Positions 1 to 14,764 of a stretch of 64,000 nucleotides of DNA are shown here, in pieces. The notes below the pieces were generated by a model that saw only the letters and a program-made list of their open reading frames with translations, made no database searches and was not told the origin of the DNA. Numbering within the stretch: the stretch's first letter is position 1; every line of letters starts with the position of its first letter. The translations under genes and the position numbers were made by a program. This DNA is from Candidatus Multivorans sp. (GTDB lineage: Bacteria > Acidobacteriota > Thermoanaerobaculia > Multivoradales > Multivoraceae), in NCBI GenBank assembly GCA_965224025.1, contig OZ245033.1, positions 1,280,001-1,344,000 of the forward strand. The letters are read 5' to 3'.

Positions 1-11
1 GATTCAAGGGG

Positions 12-55
12 TTGACAAGTGCCGCTTCTCGGAAATAATCGTCATTATATGCTTT
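12..55 (+). promoter_or_regulatory. Putative promoter overlapping a dif/Xer-like recombination site upstream of the recombinase
   Basis: TTGACA at 12-17, 16 nt spacer, AATAAT at 34-39. ATAA-N6(TCGTCA)-TTAT core at 35-48, as in tyrosine-recombinase crossover sites. TTGACAA (12-18) / TTGTCAA (54-60) inverted pair. Confidence 0.5.
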
Positions 56-121
56 GTCAAGTCCAATGCCCCACTGCCTTCCGGAGCGAGCACACCTTCC
101 GGATCAAGCGCCTGCAGGCCG

Positions 122-1053
122 ATGAGAAAGCTGCTCCGAAGGGCACTCACGGCAGCTAGGTTGAAGTCGCTCAAGGCAGCGTTCTCGGACTCCTACTCAC
201 CGAACACTCACAAGGCCTACGGCCGGGCGGTCGAGCGCTTCGCCGCGTTCCTGAAGGGCCGCGCGGCAGACGACGATTCCATCGCGGCCTTTCTGAAGGC
301 TGAGGCGGAGCGCGGTCTGGCGCCGGCGTCGCTCTCGATCCTGGCCGCCGCGATCGGCGCCGCTGCGAGCTCAGCAGGGGTCAAGGACCCGCGCGGCCCC
401 ATCACCCGCCGAACGCTCAGGAAGCTGAAACGAAACACGCCGCCCGGGGCCGCGGTCAGGTCGAGGGCCTGAGGCGGGAAACCGTGGTCGCCGCCGCCAG
501 CCTCGCAGCGGACGAGGGCACCGCCCTTGGCCTGCGCGACGCCGCGCTGCTGCGCCTGGGCAGCGACGGACTTCTGAGGATCAGCGAGCTGGTCGCCGTA
601 CAGGTGGACGATCTCGGTCCGAGGGAAGACGGGAGCGGCGTCCTGGCTCTGCCCAGAAGCAAGACCGACCAGGAAGGCGACGGCTCCACCCTCTACGTCT
701 GCCGGGAGACGATGGCGGCCGTCGCCGCGTGGCTGAAGGTCTCCGGGATCACGGCCGGTTCGCTTTTCCGCCGCGTTCTCCGGAACGGGGTCGGAGGCGA
801 CGCACCCTTGAGCGGGTCCGCCGTGCGAGCGATCATCCAGCGGCGGGCCAGGGCCGCCGGCGCCACCGGACGCGTGAGCGGACACTCTCTGCGCGTCGGC
901 AGCGCCCAGTCCCTGGTCGCCGCCGGCGCCTCCACCGCGGAGCTCATGCAGGCCGGAAGATGGACCGACGCCGCGATCGCGACCCGCTATGCCGCGAACG
1001 AACTGGCGGGGCGAGGCGCCGTCGCCCGCTACTTCGAGGACGACGATCCTTAG
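122..1053 (+). pseudogene. Tyrosine recombinase/integrase (Cre/XerC-like), split by a 1-nt frameshift
   Basis: N-terminal core-binding part 122-472 (SPNTHKAY). Catalytic part 484-1053 with RDAALL..GLLRISEL, SKTDQ, SGHSLRVG, GRW and RY motifs. Adding one base near the AAA at 433-435 joins them via ...RGRGQVEGLRRETV. Confidence 0.85.
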
Positions 1054-1068
1054 CCGCTTGGGCTACGA

Positions 1069-4308
<3,240 letters not shown>

Positions 4309-4408
4309 GAGCGCGCGGAGTGTACATGCAAGCTGGCCTTCCTCCGACGGAGAAGAATCTGCACAGATGTCACCGGCCGGGTAAACACTTTGGCCTCGAG
4401 TACCGTAT

Positions 4409-4640
4409 AGTTCTCATAGAGGCGGCACCGAGTCGCCGGCGTCAAGCCCCGACTCCCGTGTCGTCACCTACCGGGTTGCGACTGGACCGCGTTCGCGGCC
4501 AGAGGAACTGCAGCCCACCCTCCGGACCGCGTCCGGACCTGCCTCAAACCTTCAACCTCCGCGTCGGCGGGTTCAACCCGACGGCGCGCGATTCACACCA
4601 GGGAGGGGTTGCTTTATAGCAACCCCTCCTCCCAATTCAG
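4409..4640 (-). other. Structured non-coding element (candidate ncRNA or transposase-less IS110-type remnant)
   Basis: Perfect 12-bp hairpin 4602-4629, further stems (CTGGACCGC/GCGGCCAG, TCCGGAC/GTCCGGA, CGGGTTG/CAACCCG), no credible ORF, CT dinucleotide at both ends on the minus strand. Confidence 0.35.
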
Positions 4641-4645
4641 ATGAG

Positions 4646-5899
4646 CTACTCCCAGCGGAGGGCCCGCGCCGGTTCAGCCGACGCCCCCAGCCTCGCCGGC
4701 CACCAGCAGGCGAGCCCCGTCACCAGCAGGCTGAAGCCGGCCACCGCCAGCAGATCCAGGGCCCGCACGTCGAACGGAACGCTGCTGATGAAGTAGATCT
4801 CCGCCACTCCCGGATCGAACCGCACGAGTTCGTAGCGGGTGATGACCACGCTGACCAGGGCGCCGAGGCCGAGGCCGAGGGCCGTCCCAACCGCCCCCAG
4901 GCTCATCCCGCCGAGCAGAAACACGCGTTGCACGCGCCGCGGACCGAGGCCGAGCGCGGCGAGCACCGCGGTGTCCCTCCCCCGCTCCCGGACCAGGACC
5001 ACCAGCGCCGACGCAATATTGAACGTCGACACGAGCACGATCAGGCCCAGAATCAGGAACAGACCCCACTTCTGAAGCCGGAAGGCGGCGAAGGTCCCAC
5101 GGTTGCTGAGACGCCAGTCGATCACCACTGCATCGGCGCCCAGGAGTTCCTCGATGTTCTCCTGCACGTCGGACACGGAGGCGCCGGGGGTCGCGGTCAC
5201 TTCGAGCACCACCCGGCCTCCGCCGACGGCAACCGCCGTGTCCCGGTGGACGACGGCATAGCTCCGGTCGTACTCGGAGAAGCCGGTCTCGAAGGCGCCG
5301 GCGATCCGGAGCGTGCGGTAGGAGAATCGAGGTCCGGAAGAACCCGAGGCCATGATCGCCGTCAGCCGCACCAGGTCTCCTTCCGACACCCCGAGGGTGC
5401 GTTGAAGCTCACGGCCCACGACGATCGCCTCGACCCCCGCATCGCCACGGGCGAGTTGGTCCTCGGTCGCGCCGAACGACGAGGCGCCGGGCACGACACC
5501 GCGCGTCCAGACATCGACGCCCGCCGGATTGCCGCTGCTGGCGAGCGACCCCTGGCCGGCCACTGTCACGGCGACCGTCCCGGCGCCCGGCACGGCCCGC
5601 AGACGCTCAGCGATCCGGCCCGCGGCCCCCGGGTCCACGGCGGCGTCACCGAACGGCGAGACGATCAGCGGGCCCGCCTCGAGCAGCCGGCTCTGGACGC
5701 TGCCGCTGTAGCCGCTCATCAGCGCCATGGAGATGACCATGGAGGCCACGCCCAGAGCGGTCGATCCGAGAGCCGAGCGCGCCGTGCCGCTCAGCAGCCG
5801 GCTGCGCGCGCCGAGCAGATACCGCGCCGCGATCCACCAGACCACACCGTCCGCGCCGCGACCCGCCGGCGCCGCGCCCTGCCGGTCCGGGTCAGCCAC
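4646..5899 (-). CDS. LolC/E-family ABC transporter permease (lipoprotein release)
   Basis: WIAARYL N-terminus, periplasmic MacB-like domain, FtsX-like C-terminal TM segments ending PARALRWE. Confidence 0.9.
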   Translation of the reverse strand: MADPDRQGAAPAGRGADGVVWWIAARYLLGARSRLLSGTARSALGSTALGVASMVISMALMSGYSGSVQSRLLEAGPLIVSPFGDAAVDPGAAGRIAERLRAVPGAGTVAVTVAGQGSLASSGNPAGVDVWTRGVVPGASSFGATEDQLARGDAGVEAIVVGRELQRTLGVSEGDLVRLTAIMASGSSGPRFSYRTLRIAGAFETGFSEYDRSYAVVHRDTAVAVGGGRVVLEVTATPGASVSDVQENIEELLGADAVVIDWRLSNRGTFAAFRLQKWGLFLILGLIVLVSTFNIASALVVLVRERGRDTAVLAALGLGPRRVQRVFLLGGMSLGAVGTALGLGLGALVSVVITRYELVRFDPGVAEIYFISSVPFDVRALDLLAVAGFSLLVTGLACWWPARLGASAEPARALRWE

Positions 5900-6962
5900 A
5901 GATCTCCAGGAACTCTCCGAACAGCCGCGCCGCGTCGTGCGGTCCCGGCGCCGCCTCCGGGTGGTACTGGACCGAGAAGATCGGTCTCCCGACCGCCTTG
6001 AACGCCTCGACCGTGCCGTCGTTCAGATTGACCGCCGCCACCTTGCAGTCCCCGGGAAGGCTGTCCGCGCTGAGCGCGAAGCCATGGTTCTGGCTCGTGA
6101 TCGAGACCTGGCCGGTCTCCTCGTCCCGCACCGGCTGGTTGCCGCCGTGGTGGCCGAACTTCAATTTGAAGGTCTTGCCGCCCAGAGCCAGACCAAGCAG
6201 TTGGTGCCCCAGGCAGATGCCGAAGGTGGGCACCCTGGCCTCGACCAGTTCGCGCACCTCGCGGACGATCTCGCGTAGCGGCGCCGGATCGCCCGGGCCG
6301 TTCGACAGCACCACGCCGTCGACGCCCCTCGCCAGGCACTCGCTGGCCGGCGTGCGGGCAGGCAGCACCGTGACCCGAGCGCCGTGCCGGACCAGCGAAC
6401 GCAGGATGTTCCGCTTGACCCCGAAGTCGTAGACCGCGAGCCGGTACTTCTCCTCGCCTTCCGCCTCCATCTCGTAGGGCGCCTCGCAGGTGACTTCATC
6501 GACGAGCGCCCGCCCTTCCATCGTCGGCTGCCGCCGCACTTCCTCGATCAGCTCCGCATCCGGACGTTCGCAGCTCGTGATCATGCCCCGCATGGCGCCG
6601 AACTCGCGGAGCCGGCGCACGGCGGCACGGGCGTCGATGCCCGCCAGTGTCGGAACGCCGTTCGTCCGCAGGTAGGCGCCGAGGTCCGTGTCCCCCAGAC
6701 CGGAGCGGCGGCTCGTGAACTCGCGGGCGACGAATCCCTCGACCCAGACCCGGTGCGACTCCTCTGCGGCGTCGTAGGCGCCGTAGTTGCCGATGTGGGG
6801 CTGGGTCATGATCACGATCTGCCCGCGGTACGAGGGATCGGTCAGGATCTCCTGGTAGCCCGTCATCGAGGTGTTGAAGACGATCTCCGCGAAGCGACTG
6901 CCCTCGACCAGCGCCTCCCCGTGAAAGACGGCGCCGTCCTCGAGAATCAGACGGCCGCTCAC
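5892..6962 (-). CDS. carA: Carbamoyl-phosphate synthase small subunit
   Basis: [48 protein letters not shown]. Confidence 0.99.
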   Translation of the reverse strand: MSGRLILEDGAVFHGEALVEGSRFAEIVFNTSMTGYQEILTDPSYRGQIVIMTQPHIGNYGAYDAAEESHRVWVEGFVAREFTSRRSGLGDTDLGAYLRTNGVPTLAGIDARAAVRRLREFGAMRGMITSCERPDAELIEEVRRQPTMEGRALVDEVTCEAPYEMEAEGEEKYRLAVYDFGVKRNILRSLVRHGARVTVLPARTPASECLARGVDGVVLSNGPGDPAPLREIVREVRELVEARVPTFGICLGHQLLGLALGGKTFKLKFGHHGGNQPVRDEETGQVSITSQNHGFALSADSLPGDCKVAAVNLNDGTVEAFKAVGRPIFSVQYHPEAAPGPHDAARLFGEFLEICG

Positions 6963-7028
6963 GACGCCGGCTCAGCAGCGCGCGACCGGCCGACGCCGGC
7001 GGCCTGTGTCAAGCAAGGAAGCACCAAC

Positions 7029-7439
7029 TCACGGCCGCGGCAGCGCCGGCTCCGAGAGCTCGACCAGGACGCCGCCGGCGCTCTTCGGATGGACGAACTG
7101 AACGGTTGCGCCCATGGCACCCGGCCCGGGCCGCTCGCGCAGGAGTTCCACACCGTCCCCGCGCAGGCATCCGTCGTCCGCGTCGATGTCGTCGCTCTTC
7201 AGGCACACGTGGTGAATGCCCGGACCCCGGCGATCCAGGAACCGGGCGACCGGCGAGTCGCTCGACAGCGGCTCCAGGAGTTCGATCCGGCTGCCGCCGC
7301 AGGGAATCATCGCGACCCGCACGCCTTCGTGCTCGACCTCCTCGATTCCGGCGACCGACAGGCCCAGGTTCTCGTAGAACATCCTCGCCTCTTCAATCGA
7401 CGGTACGGCGATCGCGATGTGGTCCAGAGCGGTGATCAT
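7029..7439 (-). CDS. mce: Methylmalonyl-CoA epimerase
   Basis: LDHIAIAV, RIELLEP, GPGIHHVC, FVHPKSAGGVLVEL; adjacent to meaB. Confidence 0.93.
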   Translation of the reverse strand: MITALDHIAIAVPSIEEARMFYENLGLSVAGIEEVEHEGVRVAMIPCGGSRIELLEPLSSDSPVARFLDRRGPGIHHVCLKSDDIDADDGCLRGDGVELLRERPGPGAMGATVQFVHPKSAGGVLVELSEPALPRP

Positions 7440-8482
7440 GAACGTTGTCCTCCGTGTCGCCGGAGTCCGCCGACGAACTCGGCGACCAGCCGGTCCGCAA
7501 GGTCGTAGGGATCCACACTACGCGGTCCGGTGTTTCCGGGCGCCCGATTCTGCTGCGATTCCGGCGCCCCGTCCAGAGCGGCCGGCCGGTCCGGATCCTC
7601 CGCTGCCGGGGCGAAGCTGCCGGCTTCGACGGCGTCCATGGCGAGCCGCAGCACGGAGTACCGGTACAGGTCGAGCACCCGGCGGCGGAAACGGGCCGAT
7701 CGGCGGGCGGCGATCTCACCGCCGGCCTTCAGCCCATCGAAGCACGCGGAGACCGCATCAAGCAGTTCCTCCGCCCCTTCACCTGCTCGCGCCACCGTCG
7801 AAACCACAGGCGGCCGCTCGCCCCCAACGCCGCGCTCCGGCCCGACGGCGTCCTCGATCGCGCGGCGCGCGGCGCCGGCGCCCGCCAGGTCGCTCTTGTT
7901 GACCACGAAGACATCCGCGATCTCCATCGTGCCGCTCTTGATCGCCTGGACGCTATCGCCCAGACCGGGTGCTGTCACCAGCACCACCAGGTCGGAGTTG
8001 CGGCGGACCGCGGTCTGGGCCTGCCCCGCGCCCACCGTCTCCACCAGAATCCACGGGAAACCCGCCGCGTCGAGCAGGTCGACGGCGGCGGCGGCGGCCC
8101 GCGCCAGGCCGCCGGAAGCGCCGCGCGAGGCCATCGATCGGATGAACACGCCCGGGTCCGTCTCCAGGCCGGACATGCGAACCCGGTCGCCGAGCACCGC
8201 GCCGCCGGTCAGCGGGCTGGTGGGATCGAACGCCAGCACCGCCACCGGTTCGCCTCGATTCCGGAGCTCCCGGGCCAACGCGGCCGTCAGCGTGCTTTTG
8301 CCGACTCCGGGCGGGCCCGTCAAACCAACGATCATCGCGTGGCCTGTACGCCGGAACGCGACCCTTGCCCAGGCGGCCTCGGCCCCGCTCTCGATCGCGG
8401 TCAGTGCCCGGGCGAGACGCCGGGTCCGACGCCAGGGCCGCGGTCCATCCAGCCAGGCTGCTCGTTCGCCGTCCGCGGTCAC
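7436..8482 (-). CDS. meaB: Methylmalonyl-CoA mutase-associated GTPase MeaB
   Basis: GLTGPPGVGKSTL, GAVLGDRVRM, FIRSMASRG, ETVGAGQ, VVNKSD. Likely start is the GTG at 8482 overlapping the upstream stop; the longer track ORF is an artefactual extension. Confidence 0.92.
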   Translation of the reverse strand: MTADGERAAWLDGPRPWRRTRRLARALTAIESGAEAAWARVAFRRTGHAMIVGLTGPPGVGKSTLTAALARELRNRGEPVAVLAFDPTSPLTGGAVLGDRVRMSGLETDPGVFIRSMASRGASGGLARAAAAAVDLLDAAGFPWILVETVGAGQAQTAVRRNSDLVVLVTAPGLGDSVQAIKSGTMEIADVFVVNKSDLAGAGAARRAIEDAVGPERGVGGERPPVVSTVARAGEGAEELLDAVSACFDGLKAGGEIAARRSARFRRRVLDLYRYSVLRLAMDAVEAGSFAPAAEDPDRPAALDGAPESQQNRAPGNTGPRSVDPYDLADRLVAEFVGGLRRHGGQRS

Positions 8483-10308
8483 GATCCAAAGCGACCGATG
8501 TCGACCGCTCCGTAGTAGTGCCAGAGAATCTCGCGGTAGCTCAGACCCCGCTGCGCCATGAGGTAGGCGCCGATCTGGCACATACCGACGCCGTGTCCAC
8601 GTCCCGCGCCCTCGAACCGCCAACCCGCGACATCGCCGGCGCCGATCTCGGCCGCCATCCGGACCAGGTTCTCCGGTACGTCGAGGAGCCAGCGGATGGC
8701 GAGACCCCGAACCGCGACCGAGCGCCGTTCGCCGATCAGGTCGAGCCTTGCTATCCGGCCTGAAACGCCCCTCTCGAGCACCCTCAACGAAACCAACCCC
8801 AGGCCGGGAAAGCGCTTCTCGACCGCCTCCCGCAGCGAGCCGTGAGACCGCCACACGGACCAGGGCACAGCCATGGGTTGGCCTCCCACGGCAGGCGTCT
8901 CGTGGACCACGAGGGCTGCACGGCCGCCGACGACATAGGCCCGAACCCGGTCCCCGGGCGCCATGGAGAGCGACGCGACCGGGACGCCCAGGTCCACGGG
9001 CGTTGCGCCGGGCGGCGCTTCGGTGGTCAACAGGGCGGCCTCTGGCGCCAGGGGCACCAATCGCCGCACGCCATCCCTGCGCAGTTGCAGCCAACGGCCG
9101 TCGATCCGCTCCAGATTCCCGGCCACGACCTTGAGCGCGCCCCTGGATCGGGCCCGATTCAGGCGTTCCCTGCGCCGGCGCTCGCGCACTCCGGCCAGGC
9201 CAAGCGCCTTGAGCAGGTGCTGCTCCGGCGTTCCTCCTGCTTCCCCGACCAGCGGCACGGCGCCGCCTTCGACGCACGCGGCGCCAGTCGGCCCTCCTCC
9301 AGCCAGACGCGGGAAGACATTGTCCACCAATTCAGTGCTGCCGCCGCAACTCGCCGTGAAGAGTGCCTCTATCGGCTCGCCGGCGGCGACCAGAATCTCC
9401 TCCCGCGTTGCCGCCACCGCCGCGTCCGAGCGCGGATGCTCCGCCTCGATTCCGCCATAGACCTGGCACAGGGCCGTAGCGCAGATGTCGTAGCCCTCGT
9501 CGACGAATTCGCCGCGATGCCGCACCGCGTAGGTGCGCGCGGCGACCGCCTGCGCCTTCGTCGCTTCGGGTTCCGGGTACAGGTCCGGGCCCAGCTCGAC
9601 CGGCACCACGGCGCGCACATAGTCCTCGAGCGGAGCGGCGTTCACGACGTTGAGGCCCGCGCGATCGTTCACGAACAGTTCGAGAGCACCCCGGTAGCGG
9701 AGGCCGAGAATGCGAACGACGTCCCCGAGCGACTCGAGCCGGAGCCGCCTGCCCGCAATCCAACCGATGCCCTCGACTTCGAAGGCGGGATCCTCCAGCA
9801 CGGCGCCCTCGATCGCGATCCAAACGTCGTCGAACCCTTCGACCCGAAGCCGGCCCCGGGCCTCCTCCGCCTGGCCCCGGCCGCCGTAGCGCCCCACACG
9901 AACGCGGTACAGGCCGGTCGCGGCGTCGAGGACCGAGTCCGCCTCGTGGTCGAGCAACTCGGCGAGACGGACGGCGAGCTTCTCCGACTGCCACCGATCC
10001 CGGAGGGCCGCTACCTGGAGCCGATGGTCGCCCGGGCTCGCCCTGCCCGGCGCCGGCCGCACGCTGAAACGCCCGTCGACCTCGTGCCGTTCGCCGTCCT
10101 CGGCCACCAGCCAGGAGCGAGTCTCGCAGCAGGCAACTTCCAGACGGTCCAGGTCCGTCGCGAGTCCCACCCGGATCTCTTCCGGCAGCGCGATCGGCGG
10201 AGGCGACGTCGTCGGGCCCGGCACCGCGGCCAGCAGCAGACAGGCCGCAACGGCAAGACTGACGTTGGTCACCCGCCGCTTGATCATCTGTGACCCGCTC
10301 ACTCCCAT
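8479..10308 (-). CDS. SpoIID/LytB-domain protein with SPOR domain
   Basis: Signal peptide, YRVRVGRY SPOR motif, LEDYVRAVVPVE, KAQAVAARTYA, GRGHGVGMCQIGA. Confidence 0.92.
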   Translation of the reverse strand: MGVSGSQMIKRRVTNVSLAVAACLLLAAVPGPTTSPPPIALPEEIRVGLATDLDRLEVACCETRSWLVAEDGERHEVDGRFSVRPAPGRASPGDHRLQVAALRDRWQSEKLAVRLAELLDHEADSVLDAATGLYRVRVGRYGGRGQAEEARGRLRVEGFDDVWIAIEGAVLEDPAFEVEGIGWIAGRRLRLESLGDVVRILGLRYRGALELFVNDRAGLNVVNAAPLEDYVRAVVPVELGPDLYPEPEATKAQAVAARTYAVRHRGEFVDEGYDICATALCQVYGGIEAEHPRSDAAVAATREEILVAAGEPIEALFTASCGGSTELVDNVFPRLAGGGPTGAACVEGGAVPLVGEAGGTPEQHLLKALGLAGVRERRRRERLNRARSRGALKVVAGNLERIDGRWLQLRRDGVRRLVPLAPEAALLTTEAPPGATPVDLGVPVASLSMAPGDRVRAYVVGGRAALVVHETPAVGGQPMAVPWSVWRSHGSLREAVEKRFPGLGLVSLRVLERGVSGRIARLDLIGERRSVAVRGLAIRWLLDVPENLVRMAAEIGAGDVAGWRFEGAGRGHGVGMCQIGAYLMAQRGLSYREILWHYYGAVDIGRFGS

Positions 10309-10404
10309 CGGTCCGCTATATACGTTATTGGAAATACGCCAAGACGGCGCTCCTCCGTTCCGGATGGGGGCCAGACCCGGGACAGCCGTGGCCGCGGTGC
10401 CGGG

Positions 10405-10638
10405 TCACTCGAAGAAGGGAGCCGAGCGCCGCGGCCGCTCGAGCACCCACGGGAAGTTGGTGTAGCCCTCCACCCGTTCTCCGGGATTGAAGACGAGGCC
10501 GTGGCCCTCCACCAGGTTGCGCGCGTGGCGGAAGCTGATGAACGCGTCGTCGCGCAGGAACCAGGCCGCCGACGCCAGCCAGGCCAGCACCACCAGCCAG
10601 GGCAGGTTGCCACCGAGAAGAGCCAGTCTCCGCGCCAT
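10405..10638 (-). pseudogene. N-terminal fragment of a membrane glycosyltransferase-like (GT-C) protein
   Basis: TM helix then DDAFISFRHARNLVEGHGLVFNPGERVEGYTN motif, ending after about 77 codons; TAGGAT 7 nt before the ATG at 10638. Confidence 0.7.
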
Positions 10639-10979
10639 GGGGCGCATCCTAGTCGGCGGCGTCACGAGGCGACAGACGATGCTCCGGTCGCCTCCCCCGA
10701 CCCTGATCCGGGCTCGCACGAGATCGTCGGTGTAGTCGACACGGAACTGGTGGTTTCGACTCCTGCCGCCATTGGCATGGACGATGCGCCAGACGTCCGA
10801 AGTCGTCTCGAGGGGCACGAGCGCGTAGGCCCGCCACTGAATCCCCCTCGGCACGGCAAACGCCGCCCGCAGAGCGGGCCCAACTTTTGGGTCTCTTCGA
10901 GGGTCGAATCGTGCCGTTTGGCCTGCATAGAATCGGCACGGTGCGCGGCGATCCGACTCAAGCCGTCGGCAAAGAGGCG

Positions 10980-11264
10980 ATGAAGGAACCGGATCGACGA
11001 GCACTCACCGCGGCGCTGCCGCGGTCGCTTCGGACCGAGTTCAGCGACACCTACACGCCGAACACGCACAAGGCCTACGACCGGGCGGAAGAGGCCCTCC
11101 GCGTGGGCGCCGCTCAGTCCCTGGTCGCCGTCGGCGCCTCCACCGTGGAGCTCATGCAGGCCGGAAGATGGACCGACGCCGCGACCGCGACCCGCTATGG
11201 CGCGAACGAACTGGCGGGGCGAGGCGCCGTCGCACGGTACTTCAAGGACGAGGAACGCGAGTAG
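10980..11264 (+). CDS. Miniature, internally deleted paralogue of the 122-1053 tyrosine recombinase (94 aa)
   Basis: FSDTYTPNTHKAY (N-terminus) fused in frame to LRVGAAQSLVAVGAST..GRWTDAA..RY..GAVARYF (C-terminus); last ~150 nt nearly identical to 890-1050. Confidence 0.7.
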   Translation: MKEPDRRALTAALPRSLRTEFSDTYTPNTHKAYDRAEEALRVGAAQSLVAVGASTVELMQAGRWTDAATATRYGANELAGRGAVARYFKDEERE

Positions 11265-11273
11265 CCGGCCGCC

Positions 11274-12023
11274 CTACCGGTGCTGGTGGGCCTGGAGTTC
11301 GTGCCGGTAGTCGCCGACGGCGTCGATGGGGATCGGTTTCGCCATCTGGTGGAGACGGCTGACCAGGCTTGCCGGGACGCGGCCGGCGAGCATCCGGTCG
11401 GCAGGGATGTCCTCCACGTCTCCTCCGGCGGTCAGGTAGTAGTTGCTGGTGAAGAGGGTCGGCCGCCTGGCCATGTAGCGGCGGTTGATCAGCAGGTAGA
11501 GAGTGTCCGAGACGAAGGGAGTCGGCCGCCTCGCGCCGAGCTCGTCGACCACTACTACATCCGCCTCCTGCAGCGGTCGCAGCAGGTCCGCCTGGCTCAG
11601 ATCGGCGCCCTGCTGGAACGTGGCCTGAATGTCCGCGACCAGGCTCGTGAAGTCGACGAAACGGCCCCGGACGCCGTACTGCTCGGCGAGTTCGATCAGC
11701 ACCGCCACGGCGAGGTGCGTCTTGCCCCGCCCGCTCGGGCCCACGAACACCAGGCCCGTCTCGCGCGGGGAGCCGTCGAGTTCCAGGAAGTCCTCGATGT
11801 ACAGCTCGCAACTGCGGCGCGCGGCCCGCAGTTGGTCGTTCGCGTCGCCGGCGAGGCGGAAGTTGCTGAGCCGGCAGCCCTGGTACTTCGGCGGAATCCC
11901 CAACTCATCGAGCCGGCGACCGCGAAGCCGCGCCCGGTAGCAACTGCAACGCCGCGCGCGGTTGGTCACTACGTCGACGATCCAGCCACGCCCCCGGCAG
12001 AACTCGCAATCCGTCTCGTTCAA
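11274..12023 (-). CDS. DnaC/IstB-like AAA+ ATPase (helicase-loader type) with N-terminal Zn motif
   Basis: CxxC...CxC, GPSGRGKTHLA Walker A, VVVDELG Walker B, TLFTSN, SRLHQM. Confidence 0.85.
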   Translation of the reverse strand: MNETDCEFCRGRGWIVDVVTNRARRCSCYRARLRGRRLDELGIPPKYQGCRLSNFRLAGDANDQLRAARRSCELYIEDFLELDGSPRETGLVFVGPSGRGKTHLAVAVLIELAEQYGVRGRFVDFTSLVADIQATFQQGADLSQADLLRPLQEADVVVVDELGARRPTPFVSDTLYLLINRRYMARRPTLFTSNYYLTAGGDVEDIPADRMLAGRVPASLVSRLHQMAKPIPIDAVGDYRHELQAHQHR

Positions 12024-12451
12024 TCCTCTTCCTCGACCTTGACCAGGGCGCCGCTGCGCACCCAGACCAGCGCGTACCGCCGCCGTACTCCGCGGCGCCG
12101 GTCCGACACGTCGCGTTCCACGATCTCGAGCAGGCGGTCCCGCTCCGCCTCCAGCCGCGCCAGCCGCTCCTGGAGGGTCAGAATGACCTCGACGCCCGCG
12201 AGGTTGACGCCCATGTCGCGGGTCAGGGTCAGGATCGACTCCAGGCGGCGAAGGGAGTCCTCGTCGTAGAGCCGCGTGTTGCCGCCGCTTCGTTGCGGCT
12301 GGAGCAATCCCTCTCGCTCGTAGAGACGAAGGGTCTGCGGATGAATGTCGTAGCGCTCCGCCACCTTGCTGATCATCACGTAGCGACGGCCCCCCACTCG
12401 CCGGCGGCGGGACGGGGGGCGGCGCTGCCGCGACGACCGGGACTGAACCAT
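12020..12451 (-). CDS. hspR: HspR-like MerR-family heat-shock repressor
   Basis: MISKVAERYDIHPQTLRLYEREGLLQPQRSGGNTRLY, GVNLAGV; directly downstream of dnaK. Confidence 0.88.
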   Translation of the reverse strand: MVQSRSSRQRRPPSRRRRVGGRRYVMISKVAERYDIHPQTLRLYEREGLLQPQRSGGNTRLYDEDSLRRLESILTLTRDMGVNLAGVEVILTLQERLARLEAERDRLLEIVERDVSDRRRGVRRRYALVWVRSGALVKVEEED

Positions 12452-12515
12452 GGCGGCGCTAGGACGCTGCGCCGCAGAACGACACGGAGTGAGTTGTGCG
12501 GTGCAGCGTCATAGT

Positions 12516-12578
12516 GAGGTGGGGGCTGGGGCCACGTCAATCGAGAATCTTGGCGAGTCTTCGACGGGTTTGGCGGCT

Positions 12579-12581
<3 letters not shown>
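12516..12581 (-). repeat. Dispersed intergenic repeat, copy 1 (copy 2 at 47217-47360)
   Basis: TAGAGCCGCCAAACCCGTCG-AGACTC (26/27 identical) and TGGCCCCAGCCCCCACCTC (19/19) shared between the copies. Confidence 0.8.
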
Positions 12582-14513
<1,932 letters not shown>

Positions 14514-14629
14514 GTGCTCGTCTCCTGATCGTCCGCGCCAACTGCGCGAACGGGTCCGTTTCGTTTCTTGGTCGCCGCGGAGCCGAATTCGGTGTTCTCC
14601 GGTCCAGCTACGGCTGTGGCACGATGAAG

Positions 14630-14658
14630 ACCCTAAGACCTAAGCGTTTCAATGTCAA
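14630..14658 (-). promoter_or_regulatory. sigma70-type promoter of dnaK
   Basis: Minus strand TTGACA-17 nt-TAGGGT, about 115 nt upstream of the start. Confidence 0.6.
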
Positions 14659-14764
14659 GTCCCGAGCAGCAATAATCTGCCATTAGCACACTCACGTTCG
14701 GGCGACTGCCTCTCCGGCCACCCCCAGAGAGAGCCCGGTGAGCGCGACGCGACCTCCTACGTCG

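Noticed and set aside
428-440. Programmed -1 frameshift in the recombinase
   Set aside because: No canonical slippery heptamer; a single-base deletion or sequencing error is simpler.
4454-4640. 6S RNA, group II intron 3' end, or pyrimidine attenuator
   Set aside because: Multi-branched rather than rod-with-bubble; no catalytic AGC/CGC domain V or bulged A; no U-tract terminator or PyrR loop seen. Kept only as an unassigned structured element.
10405-11004. Single 199-aa gene as in the ORF track
   Set aside because: Only the last ~77 codons resemble a known protein and they have their own start signal; the upstream part is unrecognisable.
14616-14632. sigma54 promoter (TGGCACG)
   Set aside because: No GC at the -12 position and no gene in that orientation.
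14683-14710. CIRCE upstream of dnaK
   Set aside because: Only a half-site (TTAGCACAC); no matching arm at 9-nt spacing.
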